From: Synechococcus sp.
Lineage (GTDB): Bacteria > Cyanobacteriota > Cyanobacteriia > Thermostichales > PCC-7336
Direction of reading: 5' to 3'
DNA: 64,000 nt
Assembly (NCBI GenBank): GCA_051439605.1
Contig: JBFRWN010000044.1
Location: forward strand, 32,001-96,000
The first letter of the stretch is position 1, and every line of letters begins with the position of its first letter. Shown one piece after another: positions 8,835 through 19,275 of the stretch. Under the pieces are notes generated by a model. That model was given only the letters and a program-made list of their open reading frames with translations, was not told the origin of the DNA and ran no database searches. A program made the translations under genes and the position numbers.

Positions 8835-10472
8835 CTAGTTCTGGTTGTCGAACTCGTTCCACCAGTTGCGGATTTTCTCAGCTGCAATATCGCGACCACC
8901 CCAGCCAAAGGCAATGGCTACTGCAACCGCGATCGCCCCCAGGAATAGAGTGAATGCACGGATAACAATGCTTTCAGCAACGCCTATCTGCTGCAGTGCC
9001 ATCGCGGAAACCAGAATGATAATGGCGACTTTGGCCGCTTGACCCATGATGCGAGACTGACCGGTCCCGGCACTCGAGAGCAGGTTAGAAGCCAAGTTTG
9101 CCAGATACAAGCCAATCCCGAAAATAAACACACCGCTGAGAATACGGGCAAAGACCCTGAGGATGGAGCGGGCAATTTCAGTCACGTTCCCCAGCGCCAA
9201 CACCTCAGAAGCCACCACGGCGGCAAACAGCATAATCAGCACCAGCACGACAGTGCCAACCAATTCTGAGGGGGTACGCACTGGCAGAGATGACTCGCTC
9301 TCAGACTCCTCAGTGCTCTCGCCAGCAGGCAACGCAGAAGGAACCGCAGCAGACAACCCTAACCAGCTCAGAACGTTGTCAAAACCAAATCCGGTCAGCA
9401 GGCCACTAACAATCTCCGACAAAAAACGACCAATGACGAAAAAGACCACCAGCACCGCAGCCGCCGTAAATACCTGAGGCAGAACCGTCATGAACTGGTT
9501 CAACATGGCGATCGCCGGAGCAGAGATCGCTTCAATGGCCAGTTCTTCTAGGGCGGCGACGACAATCGGTACCAGAATCAGCACAAATGCCAGCAGACCT
9601 AACAGGTCTGACAGCTTGGTGCCTTCTTCCGTCTCGGGTAAGCCCACTTTGGCGCCGATGCTGTCAGCTCCTACAGATTTAAGGAAGTTGACCAGAATAT
9701 TTCGCACAACAGTGGCCACCAACCAGCCCACCCCCAGCACGACACCAGCCGTAATGATGTTAGGCAATGCCGCCAAGATGGTATCCAGCAAGTTCTGGAT
9801 AGGCAGCAATAGACCTTCGAGTTGCAGAACCCCCAAAATGGCCGGCAAGAACAACAGCCACACCAGCCAGTAGAGTGCAGTTCCCAACGTTTCGTTCAGA
9901 GGGAAAGGGGATACTCCCTCCTCACCCTGACTAGCCTCCGCCAGTTTGTCATCCAACTGCATCGGCACCAGAACCCTGACCAGCAAAAGCTTACAGCCAG
10001 TGGCTAACAGGAATGCTACCAGCGCTAAACCAACAGCCGACAGCAACTTAGGCAAGTAGTCGAAAATAACGGCGAGGAACTGATTCAGCGGGTCTGAAAC
10101 AGCAGTCAAGTTTAGGGCGCTGAAGAATCCCACCAAGGCGAAGATCATCACCGTCCAGAACACTAACAGAGCCGCCCATTTTTCAGTCGGTGGACGACTC
10201 TCTTGAGATTGGCCAGTGAAGTACGTGTACAGACGATTATCCCAGTCTGTTCTCTGCAGAATTTGCTTAATAGCGGTCGCAGCAATAGTTGCAACAAGCC
10301 AGCCACCAATCAGGATAAAAATTGCACCCACAAGGCTGGGTAAGAAACCTCCTAATTCTGCTCCTATTTTGTTAAAAAATTGTCCGAAAGCCCCCAGTTG
10401 TGCCAACAGCAAAGGGGGAGTTAGGTTGCTCGGCTCGAGCCCCATCGTAGATAATGGAAAATTGTCAATCAT
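8835..10472 (-). CDS. Multi-pass membrane protein with repeated TM_helix units (mechanosensitive channel/CmpX-like)
   Basis: Repeated [FY]LPxLxxAxxxLxxGWxxA helical units and a C-terminal AxAIAFGxGGRDIA motif. Confidence 0.8.
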   Translation of the reverse strand: MIDNFPLSTMGLEPSNLTPPLLLAQLGAFGQFFNKIGAELGGFLPSLVGAIFILIGGWLVATIAATAIKQILQRTDWDNRLYTYFTGQSQESRPPTEKWAALLVFWTVMIFALVGFFSALNLTAVSDPLNQFLAVIFDYLPKLLSAVGLALVAFLLATGCKLLLVRVLVPMQLDDKLAEASQGEEGVSPFPLNETLGTALYWLVWLLFLPAILGVLQLEGLLLPIQNLLDTILAALPNIITAGVVLGVGWLVATVVRNILVNFLKSVGADSIGAKVGLPETEEGTKLSDLLGLLAFVLILVPIVVAALEELAIEAISAPAIAMLNQFMTVLPQVFTAAAVLVVFFVIGRFLSEIVSGLLTGFGFDNVLSWLGLSAAVPSALPAGESTEESESESSLPVRTPSELVGTVVLVLIMLFAAVVASEVLALGNVTEIARSILRVFARILSGVFIFGIGLYLANLASNLLSSAGTGQSRIMGQAAKVAIIILVSAMALQQIGVAESIVIRAFTLFLGAIAVAVAIAFGWGGRDIAAEKIRNWWNEFDNQN

Positions 10473-10915
10473 AAGAAACTTGATTGAAGTACGACAGATT
10501 TGAGCGGTTTACTGTCTCCGCAAATGGTGAAACATGATTAGGTACGACAATAGCTGCACACAAAGTTCAATCGGCCTTAATCTGCAAGTTATTTAACATA
10601 AGTTCTATTGAGGTTTGAGGCCCGATAAAGTTGAGCTATAGGGAGGTAGCACCTACAAACAATGTCGCATTCTTCTTAATTGATGACCCCATCATCAATG
10701 AAATCATTCCAACTTCTGCATATTTCCGGAAATATTTCCAATTCGTTATTTTTTAAGCTTCAGCATAATAGCCATGGACATTGTTTTTAACAGAAAGCCT
10801 CTCTTTTGTGTTTTTTTGTTTCTATTCTGTGTTTATTTATTGAGTCCAAGATCGCTACTAAATGGGTCGCTATCCTAATAAGGATGCTTCCCCGAACCCT
10901 TAACGCTGAGGCGCT

Positions 10916-11815
10916 ATGTCATCATTTCCCGACCGCCCACAGCCGAACAGCATGCAAATGGAAGCAAAGCAGCCGCCGAAACGAATTTTGCTGTTTGATT
11001 CCACCCTTCGGGATGGGCTGGAAGGGCGCGGAAAAATACTGCCGCTCGAACGCAAACTCGAGCTAGCTCGGTACCTAGATCGAGCGGGGATCGACATTAT
11101 TGAAGCGGGCTCCTGTATCGGTAATCAAGCAGATCTAGCTGGTTTGACAGCAGTGGCCTCAGTGGTTTCCCAAACCACCGTATGTGGTTTAGCGGGGGCA
11201 AGTCCCCGAGACATCGAGCGAGTTTCGGCAGCACTGGCAGAGGGAAAAGCCCCCTTTCGGCTCAATACCTACACCCCCACGGATATAAAGGTTAGTAAAG
11301 AGAAGGACATCGAACGCCTCATCGAAGGCATCGGCGCCGCTGTACGTTGTGCCAAGGAATTCACGGACGATGTGCAATGGACGGCGATGAATGCAACCAA
11401 TAGCCAGTTGGACATCGTTGCTCGAGCAGTAGAAGCTGCGGTCATTAATGGTGCCACAACGGTTTGTATTGCAGATACCCAGGGGAATTCTGCCCCCCAT
11501 GAATTTGCCACCTTGCTATCGCAGCTTGTCGATCGCGTCCCTCTGCAGAATGTCGTATTGGCGGTTCATTGCCACAACCACAGTGGCTGGGCGGTGGAGA
11601 ATGCTTTAGCGGCGCTGCATGCAGGAGCTAGACAGGTGGAGGGCACGTTGGAGGGGATTGGCCCTGCAGGTGGCAACACCGATTTAGAAAAATTGGTGAT
11701 GGCGGTGCATGCGGATGGGGCATGCCAAGGGCTGGAATTGGATGTGGACTTCACCCTGCTAGAGGCAGCCTCCCAAGCAGCACTGAAGTATCTGCCCTCC
11801 CCTACCCGTCCATGA
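10916..11815 (+). CDS. LeuA-like DRE-TIM metallolyase, catalytic barrel only, with altered motifs
   Basis: Motifs FDSTLRDG, IIEAG, IADTQG, HCHN, GARQVEGT and GN. Only 299 aa, with no regulatory domain. Confidence 0.8.
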   Translation: MSSFPDRPQPNSMQMEAKQPPKRILLFDSTLRDGLEGRGKILPLERKLELARYLDRAGIDIIEAGSCIGNQADLAGLTAVASVVSQTTVCGLAGASPRDIERVSAALAEGKAPFRLNTYTPTDIKVSKEKDIERLIEGIGAAVRCAKEFTDDVQWTAMNATNSQLDIVARAVEAAVINGATTVCIADTQGNSAPHEFATLLSQLVDRVPLQNVVLAVHCHNHSGWAVENALAALHAGARQVEGTLEGIGPAGGNTDLEKLVMAVHADGACQGLELDVDFTLLEAASQAALKYLPSPTRP

Positions 11816-11824
11816 AAATGAAAG

Positions 11825-12316
11825 ATGTCAGCTCCCTCCATTTGCTACTCGCCGTTAAGCCTGCAGCATTTAGATGCACTAGTGCATTTGGTGTCTCTAT
11901 GTTTGGGGTCTTGGACACGCGCGGGGTTGGAAGTAGAGCTAACCCGCCCCCCTCGGGATCTCAATGACCCCGATCGCCCCAGTTCCACCGTGATAGGGGC
12001 TTGGGAGGGTCGCCTAGAAGAGTCATTGATTGGATTCGCAGCGCTGTGGGCCATTGGACAAGAGGCCCATATCATCGCTTTGGGGGTGCATCCCGACTGG
12101 CGACGGCAGGGGATTGGGGAGCATCTGGTGCAACGGTTACTTGACGAAGCCAAAACTCAACACCTCAATTGGGCCACATTAGAGGTGAGAGAGTCTAACC
12201 AAGCGGCGATCGCCCTCTATCAATCCCAAGGGTTCGAAACCGTGGGGAAACGGAAGCGCTACTACAGCAATCCTGAGGAAGATGGGCTGATTTTGTGGAA
12301 ACGTCTTGAAGGCTAG
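11825..12316 (+). CDS. rimI: RimI-family GNAT N-acetyltransferase
   Basis: Motifs EAHIIALGVHPDWRRQGIG, TLEVRESN.AAIALY and GKRKRYY...EDG. Confidence 0.9.
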   Translation: MSAPSICYSPLSLQHLDALVHLVSLCLGSWTRAGLEVELTRPPRDLNDPDRPSSTVIGAWEGRLEESLIGFAALWAIGQEAHIIALGVHPDWRRQGIGEHLVQRLLDEAKTQHLNWATLEVRESNQAAIALYQSQGFETVGKRKRYYSNPEEDGLILWKRLEG

Positions 12317-13509
12317 GGAGATTGAGATACAAAGCTTTGGCGCAATGCTTTGACCGTTTCCACAATGCATTGGCCAATGATGTCAATCTCTTCCGCAGTG
12401 GTGCCCCGCCCCAACCCAAATCGGAGCGATGATTTTGCCAGTGCCGATGATCGCCCCAAAGCCGTTAGCACGTGGGATGGTTTTGGATTTGCAGAGCTAC
12501 AGGCCGAACCGGTTGAGAGCGCAACCGTATTGCGAATGCCCAACATCAAGGCGGCACCATCCACCCCGGCAAAACTTACATTGAGATTGCCGGCCAAGCG
12601 CTGGTCTAAATCTCCATTTAGATAGAGACCGTCGAGCTCATCCGTCAAAAGAGTCCACAGGCGATCGCGCAGGTTGCTAAGCCGCTGATTTTCCTCATCC
12701 ATCCGTTGCAATCCCAGCTCCACTGCTTTGGCAAATCCCACAATCGATGGGGGATTCAGGGTCCCAGAGCGAAGACCCCGCTCCTGCCCCCCCCCATGCA
12801 GCTGAGGGGCGATCGCAATCGGAGGTCGACGGCGAACGAACAAGCCTCCCACCCCTTTAGGACCGTAGAGTTTGTGTGCGGTCAACGATACTAAATCTAA
12901 CCCCAATCGATTCACATCCAACGGGCACTTCCCGAGCGCCTGAGCTGCGTCAGTATGAAGGGGGATTTTACGGCTAAATTCCTGTTGCTTTACTTTTAAT
13001 AGAGTCCCAATTTGCTCCAGCGGTTGCAGAACTCCAATTTCGTTATTGGCCGCCATGACCGACACCAGAATGGTGTCCGCCCGCAAAGCCCTTTCCAATT
13101 CTGCCAAGTTCAACAAACCATTTTGCAGAACGGGTAGAGTGGTAACCTCAAACCCCAATGACTCTAAATAGTGGCAAGGGTCTAGAACCGCATTGTGCTC
13201 GGTCCCCACTGTCACGATATGCCGCCCCACGTGCAAAGAGGTTTCCGCCACCCCTTTAATTGCTAGGTTGTTGGCCTCAGTTGCTCCACTTGTAAAAATA
13301 ATTTCATTTGGTAAGGCACCAATGGCAGTCGCAATCGTGGTCCTTGCCTGGTCAACTGCCGCTTGGGCTGTCCATCCATAGATATGAGATGAACTGGATG
13401 GATTCCCAAAGCGATCGCCAAAGTAAGGTAGCATCGCCTCCAACACTAACGGGTCAACAGGCGTGGTTGCGTTGTAGTCACAGTAGATTGGCAACTGCGG
13501 GTCAGCCAT
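12313..13509 (-). CDS. IscS/NifS-type cysteine desulfurase
   Basis: Motifs YCDYNATTP, FGNPSS, FTSGATEANN, HTDAAQ, TAHKLYGPKG and STGSAC (catalytic Cys). ATG at 13509. Confidence 0.95.
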   Translation of the reverse strand: MADPQLPIYCDYNATTPVDPLVLEAMLPYFGDRFGNPSSSSHIYGWTAQAAVDQARTTIATAIGALPNEIIFTSGATEANNLAIKGVAETSLHVGRHIVTVGTEHNAVLDPCHYLESLGFEVTTLPVLQNGLLNLAELERALRADTILVSVMAANNEIGVLQPLEQIGTLLKVKQQEFSRKIPLHTDAAQALGKCPLDVNRLGLDLVSLTAHKLYGPKGVGGLFVRRRPPIAIAPQLHGGGQERGLRSGTLNPPSIVGFAKAVELGLQRMDEENQRLSNLRDRLWTLLTDELDGLYLNGDLDQRLAGNLNVSFAGVDGAALMLGIRNTVALSTGSACSSANPKPSHVLTALGRSSALAKSSLRFGLGRGTTAEEIDIIGQCIVETVKALRQSFVSQSP

Positions 13510-13813
13510 AGCCACAGGGAGGATTGCAACAGTCTCCTCCCAATCTAATCAACATTCGAACCCGATAGAGCGAGCGATGGTGAATTGGCAGTTTCCTGCC
13601 GAAAAAATGTCGATGTTGAGCGTATATGTCAGCATCGACTTTATCACCTGTAGTATTGCAAAACTGTTCGGTCATTAATGAGAGGTGCGCCCAAAAAAAC
13701 GAGGGTTAGAGTGGCTGCAGGCAGGTACACTATCGATCTGCGGATAAGATATTCTGTCCCATAGAAAAATTCTGCTTCATCAGTTGTAACGCCGTCATAT
13801 TGACGAGATCGCA

Positions 13814-15025
13814 TTGCTGGATTTGAATTCCTTACCCCTATCTCTGCAATCATTGCTCGAATTCTTTAGCACATTCGAACACATTGAATTCCTCCTTGCG
13901 AGCCTATCCCTGATCGGATTAGCCGGCCTCTCCTGGAAGCTGTTTTTTGCCCTGACTTCAGCTCCCCACCTATCTTTTAGCTGGTCACCCGTCACCGCTA
14001 CCGGCACAACCGTTGCCGTGATAGTGCCGGCCTTCAACGAAGAAGCTAATGTCGTCACATGTTTGGCATCAATCCTTGACAGCACCTCCTTGCCCATTCA
14101 GGTCTATCTGGCCGACGATTGCTCCACTGACGCAACGCTACAACTGGCTCAGCGGTTCCAGACTCAAAGGGGTGACGATCGCCTGCATATCATTCAGGTC
14201 CCTTCTCGTCCTCAAAACGAACGCTGGGTCGGAAAGAATTGGGCTTGCCACTACACTACTCGACAGCTCGAAGTAGACTATTTCCTTTTTCTAGATTGCG
14301 ATGCCACGTTAGAACCCAACGCCATTGAGGCGGCAGTATCCCTGATCCAAACTAAACAAGTGGGATTATTGACCATTGCCCCAGAGATTATCTGTGGATG
14401 TATGGCTGAATGGCTTGTACAGCCCGTTTTGATGCCAGCGATGGCAGGTTGGTTTAGTCCGCAGGCGGTGAATGACTCGGCCTGCACAGAGTCCTTTGCC
14501 GCAGGACCGTTCATGTTATTCGATTCCACTACTTATCGTGCCATTGGTGGTCACGAGCGGGTGAAAAGTTGTGTCGTAGAAGATTTAGAGCTGGCTCGCA
14601 GGATTAAAGAACAACAATTGGGACTGCACTTCACCTACAGTGGCAGTCTGGTCAAAGTTCGCATGTATCGTGACTTTGCTCAACTGTGGGAAGGGTGGAC
14701 AAAAAATGCTTTTCAATCCATGGATCGCAACTGGTGGCTGTTAGGTTTTGCCGTCGCGACACTTCTAGGAATGTACGTGTTTCCCTGGCTGAGTGGAGTT
14801 TTAGGCCTGCTGACGGACAACCATTGGCTGCTAGGGATGGGAGTGGCCGGCGTGACATTCCATTTGCTGCTGAGAGGGATGCTGTTGCGGTGGGCCAATT
14901 TGCCCCTGAAGTTTTGGTGGCTGTCGGGGGTAGGGGGATTCTTGACAGCGGTCATCTTTCTATCGTCAGCCTATCGCACCATAACCGGACGCGGCTGGAC
15001 TTGGAAAGGGCGGCAGCTGCAATAG
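13814..15025 (+). CDS. GT2 glycosyltransferase of the carotenoid glycosyltransferase (CruG/CrtQ-like) group; start uncertain
   Basis: Motifs VPAFNEE, DDCSTD, WVGKNWAC, FLDCD, VVEDLELA, RMY...LWEGWTKN and a C-terminal WKGR. Confidence 0.85.
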   Translation: MLDLNSLPLSLQSLLEFFSTFEHIEFLLASLSLIGLAGLSWKLFFALTSAPHLSFSWSPVTATGTTVAVIVPAFNEEANVVTCLASILDSTSLPIQVYLADDCSTDATLQLAQRFQTQRGDDRLHIIQVPSRPQNERWVGKNWACHYTTRQLEVDYFLFLDCDATLEPNAIEAAVSLIQTKQVGLLTIAPEIICGCMAEWLVQPVLMPAMAGWFSPQAVNDSACTESFAAGPFMLFDSTTYRAIGGHERVKSCVVEDLELARRIKEQQLGLHFTYSGSLVKVRMYRDFAQLWEGWTKNAFQSMDRNWWLLGFAVATLLGMYVFPWLSGVLGLLTDNHWLLGMGVAGVTFHLLLRGMLLRWANLPLKFWWLSGVGGFLTAVIFLSSAYRTITGRGWTWKGRQLQ

Positions 15026-15653
15026 CCGCCTCTTCCTCAAATACCCTTGACTTACCATATTCTCCGGAGGCTATCGCGATCGCAGCAGATGGTATTGGCC
15101 TCCCATTCAATAAATTGACGATCGTTCATGTTGGCATGCAGGGTAGCTTAATGTTTTGAGTTGTTTTTTTTTTAGATGCTGATGTCAAATGTAGCTTCTA
15201 TCAAATGCTGAAATTGGTTCACCATAGATTGATGGATTTGAACGTGCCGTACGGCCATCCGTTTCAAACTCAGGGTCGATCTGTTCAGTGAATTGCCGAG
15301 TGATGATCAAGTCCAGGGTCTACAGCGCGATGCACGTCTTAGTTTTCCAGGCAACCGCAGTGGGAACCGATCGAGCTAGTTGGAGCGAAGTCATTCATTT
15401 GACGAAATCAGATTATAAGTTGAACGAAACCCTGGAATGGATTGTTTAAGAGCGATCTATGGCATGCTTGTTATAATCTTCCGGAGTATATTTTGAAGAG
15501 TCAGTCGGTGTTTTTTCTTACATCAATCCGCTTTATTGGATTGTTGTTTTCTCGATTGGCATTCACTCCTAGCCTCTATCAAAGCTAAACCGCCAGTGTT
15601 TATTAACTGGTTGCTAAGAGGGCTACATCCCAACCTTCCACTGTGTGAGAGTT

Positions 15654-17555
15654 ATGAATCAAAACAGGACGCATCGACATTTGCTTGCGGCAGCAGTCAT
15701 GGTAGCGGGACTGAGCGTGTATGTTGCACCTGTGGGAGCTGCCCCCGATCTCCACGCACAGGCTGGCCCGACTCCTGATGGCCTTGATACTGCAGAGCCA
15801 AGCCAGAATCCTGCTGAAGCGGCTGAACCTATTGTCGAACAATCTGCAACAGAACCTGCAGCTAGCGAAGAAGACGGTGGCCGTTCCGGCGAACCTGAAG
15901 TGCTGGTGGCTGAGGTTCTTGTTACTGGAACGGATAACCCCGATCTCATTCAAGAAATCTATGAAGCGATTGCAACTCAGGCAGGACAGACCACAACGCG
16001 ATCGCAGTTGGAGGTAGATATTAATCAGGTGTTTTCCACCGGGTATTTTTCCGATGTGGAAGCAGTGCCCTCGGATACGGCATTAGGGGTTAGGGTCACT
16101 TACGAAGTCAGACCCAACCCTGTTTTGCGCTCTGTTTCTGCCGAAAACACGAGCGTATTGCCGGATGAGGTCCTGGAAGAAATCTTTACTCCTCAGCAGG
16201 ATCGAGTCCTCAACTTAGGCGATCTGCAAAATGGTGTGGCCCGGGTTGAAGACTGGTATGCCGAGAACGGCTATGTCTTGGCTAGCGTCACGGATGTGCG
16301 TTCCAGCCCCAACGGGGATGTTGTACTGGAAGTTGCCGAAGGGGTGATTGAAGATATCCGCGTTGAAGGCAATAGCAAGACCCGCGATTTCATCGTTACC
16401 CGAGAGATGGAACTGGAACCTGGAGCTGTATTCAACCGCGATATCGTTCAAGGCGATTTGCAGAAAGTATTCGATCTGAACTTGTTTCAGGACGTCAATT
16501 TATCTTTAGGACCTGGCGAAAATCCAGATAACGTCATTGCTACTATTAACGTCGAAGAGCGCAATACGGGGTCCCTTTCTGCTGGTGGTGGGGTAAGTTC
16601 TGGCGCTGGTGTCTTTGGTACGGTCAGCCTCTCCCAGAACAATTTGGGAGGAAACAACCAAACCGTTGGACTCGATGTACAGGTGGGTACGGAAGAGCTT
16701 CTGTTTGATGTCGGCTTTACCGACCCTCGAATTGCCCATTGGGAAACCCCCACTTCCCTCAATGCCAATGCATTTAATCGCATTTCCAGCGATCGGGTTT
16801 ATGACGACGACCAAGACGTCGTACGCTTAGGAACCAACGTTACACTAGCTCGCCCAGTCATTAATGAAAATTGGCGGGCCAGCCTCGGAGTACAACAGCA
16901 GTTCGTGAGTATCAACGACCGCGATGACGATGAACCCCTCACCCTAGATGGCGACACCAATACGTTATCTGGCGTTCGTTTTGGTATGGTTCGCGATAAG
17001 CGAGACAACCCGATCCTGCCTAGCCGAGGCAACGTTTTTCGCATCTCTACCGATCAATCAGTCGCAGCGTTGTTTGATGATGGGCTCACCCGCAACAAAG
17101 CAGAGGTGAGCTACAGCCACTACATTCCGGTTGATTTCGTCAAATTCGAGGGAGATTCTCCCGAAGTTTTAGCTTTCGATGTCAGAACGGGGTCTATCTT
17201 TGGCGATACTGCACCGTTTGACTCTTTTCTCTTGGGTGGGGCTAACACTATTCGCGGATTTGATGAAGGTCGAGTGGGTACTAGCCAGAGTTTTGGAATG
17301 GCTACAGCTGAATACCGCTTTCCTCTCTACAAGTTCATCGGTGGGACTTTGTTTGCTGACTACGGTAGCGATCTTGGAACTGCAGGCGAGGTCTTCGGCA
17401 ACCCAACCAGCGCACAGGATCTATTGGGCAGTGCGTATGGCGTGGGTGCCGGTTTGCGAATTCAGTCACCCATTGGTGCTGTAAGAGTGGACTACGGTCT
17501 CGGCCAAGGGGAGGATAGCGGACGCCTCCACTTTGGATTTGGCGAAAAGTTCTAA
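15654..17555 (+). CDS. BamA/Omp85 family outer-membrane protein
   Basis: Signal peptide, acidic linker, POTRA domains (TGYFSDV, GNSKTRDFIVTRE), NNLGGNNQ, GGANTIRGF, SPIGAVRVDY and C-terminal FGFGEKF. Confidence 0.95.
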   Translation: MNQNRTHRHLLAAAVMVAGLSVYVAPVGAAPDLHAQAGPTPDGLDTAEPSQNPAEAAEPIVEQSATEPAASEEDGGRSGEPEVLVAEVLVTGTDNPDLIQEIYEAIATQAGQTTTRSQLEVDINQVFSTGYFSDVEAVPSDTALGVRVTYEVRPNPVLRSVSAENTSVLPDEVLEEIFTPQQDRVLNLGDLQNGVARVEDWYAENGYVLASVTDVRSSPNGDVVLEVAEGVIEDIRVEGNSKTRDFIVTREMELEPGAVFNRDIVQGDLQKVFDLNLFQDVNLSLGPGENPDNVIATINVEERNTGSLSAGGGVSSGAGVFGTVSLSQNNLGGNNQTVGLDVQVGTEELLFDVGFTDPRIAHWETPTSLNANAFNRISSDRVYDDDQDVVRLGTNVTLARPVINENWRASLGVQQQFVSINDRDDDEPLTLDGDTNTLSGVRFGMVRDKRDNPILPSRGNVFRISTDQSVAALFDDGLTRNKAEVSYSHYIPVDFVKFEGDSPEVLAFDVRTGSIFGDTAPFDSFLLGGANTIRGFDEGRVGTSQSFGMATAEYRFPLYKFIGGTLFADYGSDLGTAGEVFGNPTSAQDLLGSAYGVGAGLRIQSPIGAVRVDYGLGQGEDSGRLHFGFGEKF

Positions 17556-17674
17556 ATCCAACTATGGCTTTTACCGAGTCAATAGCGAGTTCTTGTCACT
17601 GGCAAGAGAATGGGGCGAGCCAGCTTACTTGCCCCAGATGCTGGAAAACATGTTTCGTAAACAAACGCATGCAA

Positions 17675-17710
17675 AAACAAACCGCCCTCAAATCTGAAGG
17701 CGGTTTGTTT
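17675..17710. terminator. Bidirectional terminator between convergent omp85 and tRNA-Leu
   Basis: Inverted repeat AAACAAACCGCC / GGCGGTTTGTTT with A/T-rich ends. Confidence 0.8.
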
Positions 17711-17764
17711 GATGCTCTGGGATAATTATCTTCCTAGCTCAAACCGAAAGATAAGATGAATGGA

Positions 17765-17848
17765 TGCGGAACCCGGGACTTGAACCCGGAAGTCCTTGCG
17801 AACACTAGAACCTGAATCTAGCGCGTCTACCAATTCCGCCAGTTCCGC
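17765..17848 (-). tRNA. trnL: tRNA-Leu (anticodon CAG)
   Basis: Minus strand reads GCGGAAC...GGCGGAATTGGTAGACGC, anticodon arm CTAGA-TTCAGGT-TCTAG, long variable arm, GGTTCAAGTCC and GTTCCGC-A. CCA is not encoded directly after the discriminator. Confidence 0.97.
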
Positions 17849-17959
17849 TAACGCTTTTCAAAGATGCCGGATTGAGCTTACGCCTGTCAAGCGTCTTGAA
17901 GAAAAAATAAGCCGCCAAGCGTCGAGCCATCGATCCTTACCAGCGGTGCAATTCTCTGC

Positions 17960-19012
17960 TTATTCCAACCCTTGATATCGCCAAGGGACGGGGTCGACCG
18001 CAATGGTGTGCACGTAAAGTCCCCAGTGAAGGTGAGGCCCCGTGCTCGCTCCACTGGTACCGATAGTGCCAATTTTTTGTCCTGCCGATATTGCTTGCCC
18101 TTCTGTCACATCGATGCTGTTGAGGTGGAGGAAAATACTGACTACCCCTTGTCCGTGATCGATTCCGACAGTATTGCCATGGATGTTGAATCCCTCAGAC
18201 TCTAGACCAACTAGGGCAATGGTTCCGGCTGCAGGAGCCACAATCGGGGCTCCTAAGGGGGCTGCATAGTCTACCCCCCGATGGTAGTAGTTGTTGGCAA
18301 AAACGCCATTATAGTAGCGTCTAACTCCATAAATGGAGCTCACCCGACCGGAACTAGGTCTCAGGAATAGGCCATTCCAATGGCGGGCTGGGGTCGTGAC
18401 GGCTTTGAAGCTGGTTACGGCATCGATCTCCTTCTGGGTTGCCTGTAGCCCTCCGCTATGAACGGTAATGGATTGTGTCGGAAATTGCCGATCACGCAGC
18501 GTGACAGGAAGTGTTTGCCGCATTTCCCCTACCTGCACCGTAATTGTGTGGGAGCCTGGTGTATCAAGGGGGGAAGAAGGAATGAGTGCACGATAGATAT
18601 AGGGGCCATGACTACTAGTGCTGGAAATGGCAAAGGCAGGATATTGACGATCGCCCATGGAGACGATCGGTTGGGACTCTGAGCTGATTACGGGTATGCG
18701 GACGGTGAGGGTTTCCCCCAACTGGATGGACTGGGGGGATACGGTGGCTGCTAGGGGAGTAGCTGTGTGCGTTTGAGAGAGAGAAACAGGTGGTTCCAGC
18801 TCTTTCAAGTTAACTGCTTGTTTAAAGGCGAATGTTTCTTTGGAAACTGTTGGATTGGAGAGTCGCGATAAGGTGGTTGAATCAGGTTGCAAGAGATGAA
18901 GAAAGTGGGAAATGCGATCGGGTGGAGGTATGAAAGAGAGAGTGCCTAGAGAGATTGCTAAGCTGCTGGCGATCGCGCCTGCCACCCTCAACCTTAAACA
19001 GAGATTACGCAT
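17960..19012 (-). CDS. M23 family metallopeptidase; start uncertain
   Basis: Motifs HRGVD, GNTVGIDHG and STGPHLHW. Confidence 0.92.
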   Translation of the reverse strand: MRNLCLRLRVAGAIASSLAISLGTLSFIPPPDRISHFLHLLQPDSTTLSRLSNPTVSKETFAFKQAVNLKELEPPVSLSQTHTATPLAATVSPQSIQLGETLTVRIPVISSESQPIVSMGDRQYPAFAISSTSSHGPYIYRALIPSSPLDTPGSHTITVQVGEMRQTLPVTLRDRQFPTQSITVHSGGLQATQKEIDAVTSFKAVTTPARHWNGLFLRPSSGRVSSIYGVRRYYNGVFANNYYHRGVDYAAPLGAPIVAPAAGTIALVGLESEGFNIHGNTVGIDHGQGVVSIFLHLNSIDVTEGQAISAGQKIGTIGTSGASTGPHLHWGLYVHTIAVDPVPWRYQGLE

Positions 19013-19275
19013 CTTGAGTTACCCTCCCGCCTCGCGATTGTTGTGTGGTTTGCCGACGGAACAATCACAACTGTATCCAAGACATGGAGAGATGCGCTGG
19101 GGCGACCCCAGTCCAAGAATTGCTATTTGAAGAATACTGCTCTTCCAATCACGCACAACGGGGAACTTAGTCTTCTGTCGCATGATGGTTAATAATTATA
19201 AGAAAGTTAACAGCTAAGGGTGTCCTTGGCTGTTGTCTAGATACAAATTGGTCACTTGCTAATCATCGTCTTCGT

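Noticed and set aside
17555..17960. tRNA-Leu as a possible island or prophage integration site
   Set aside because: No integrase, no duplicated tRNA 3' end noticed, and core genes on both sides.
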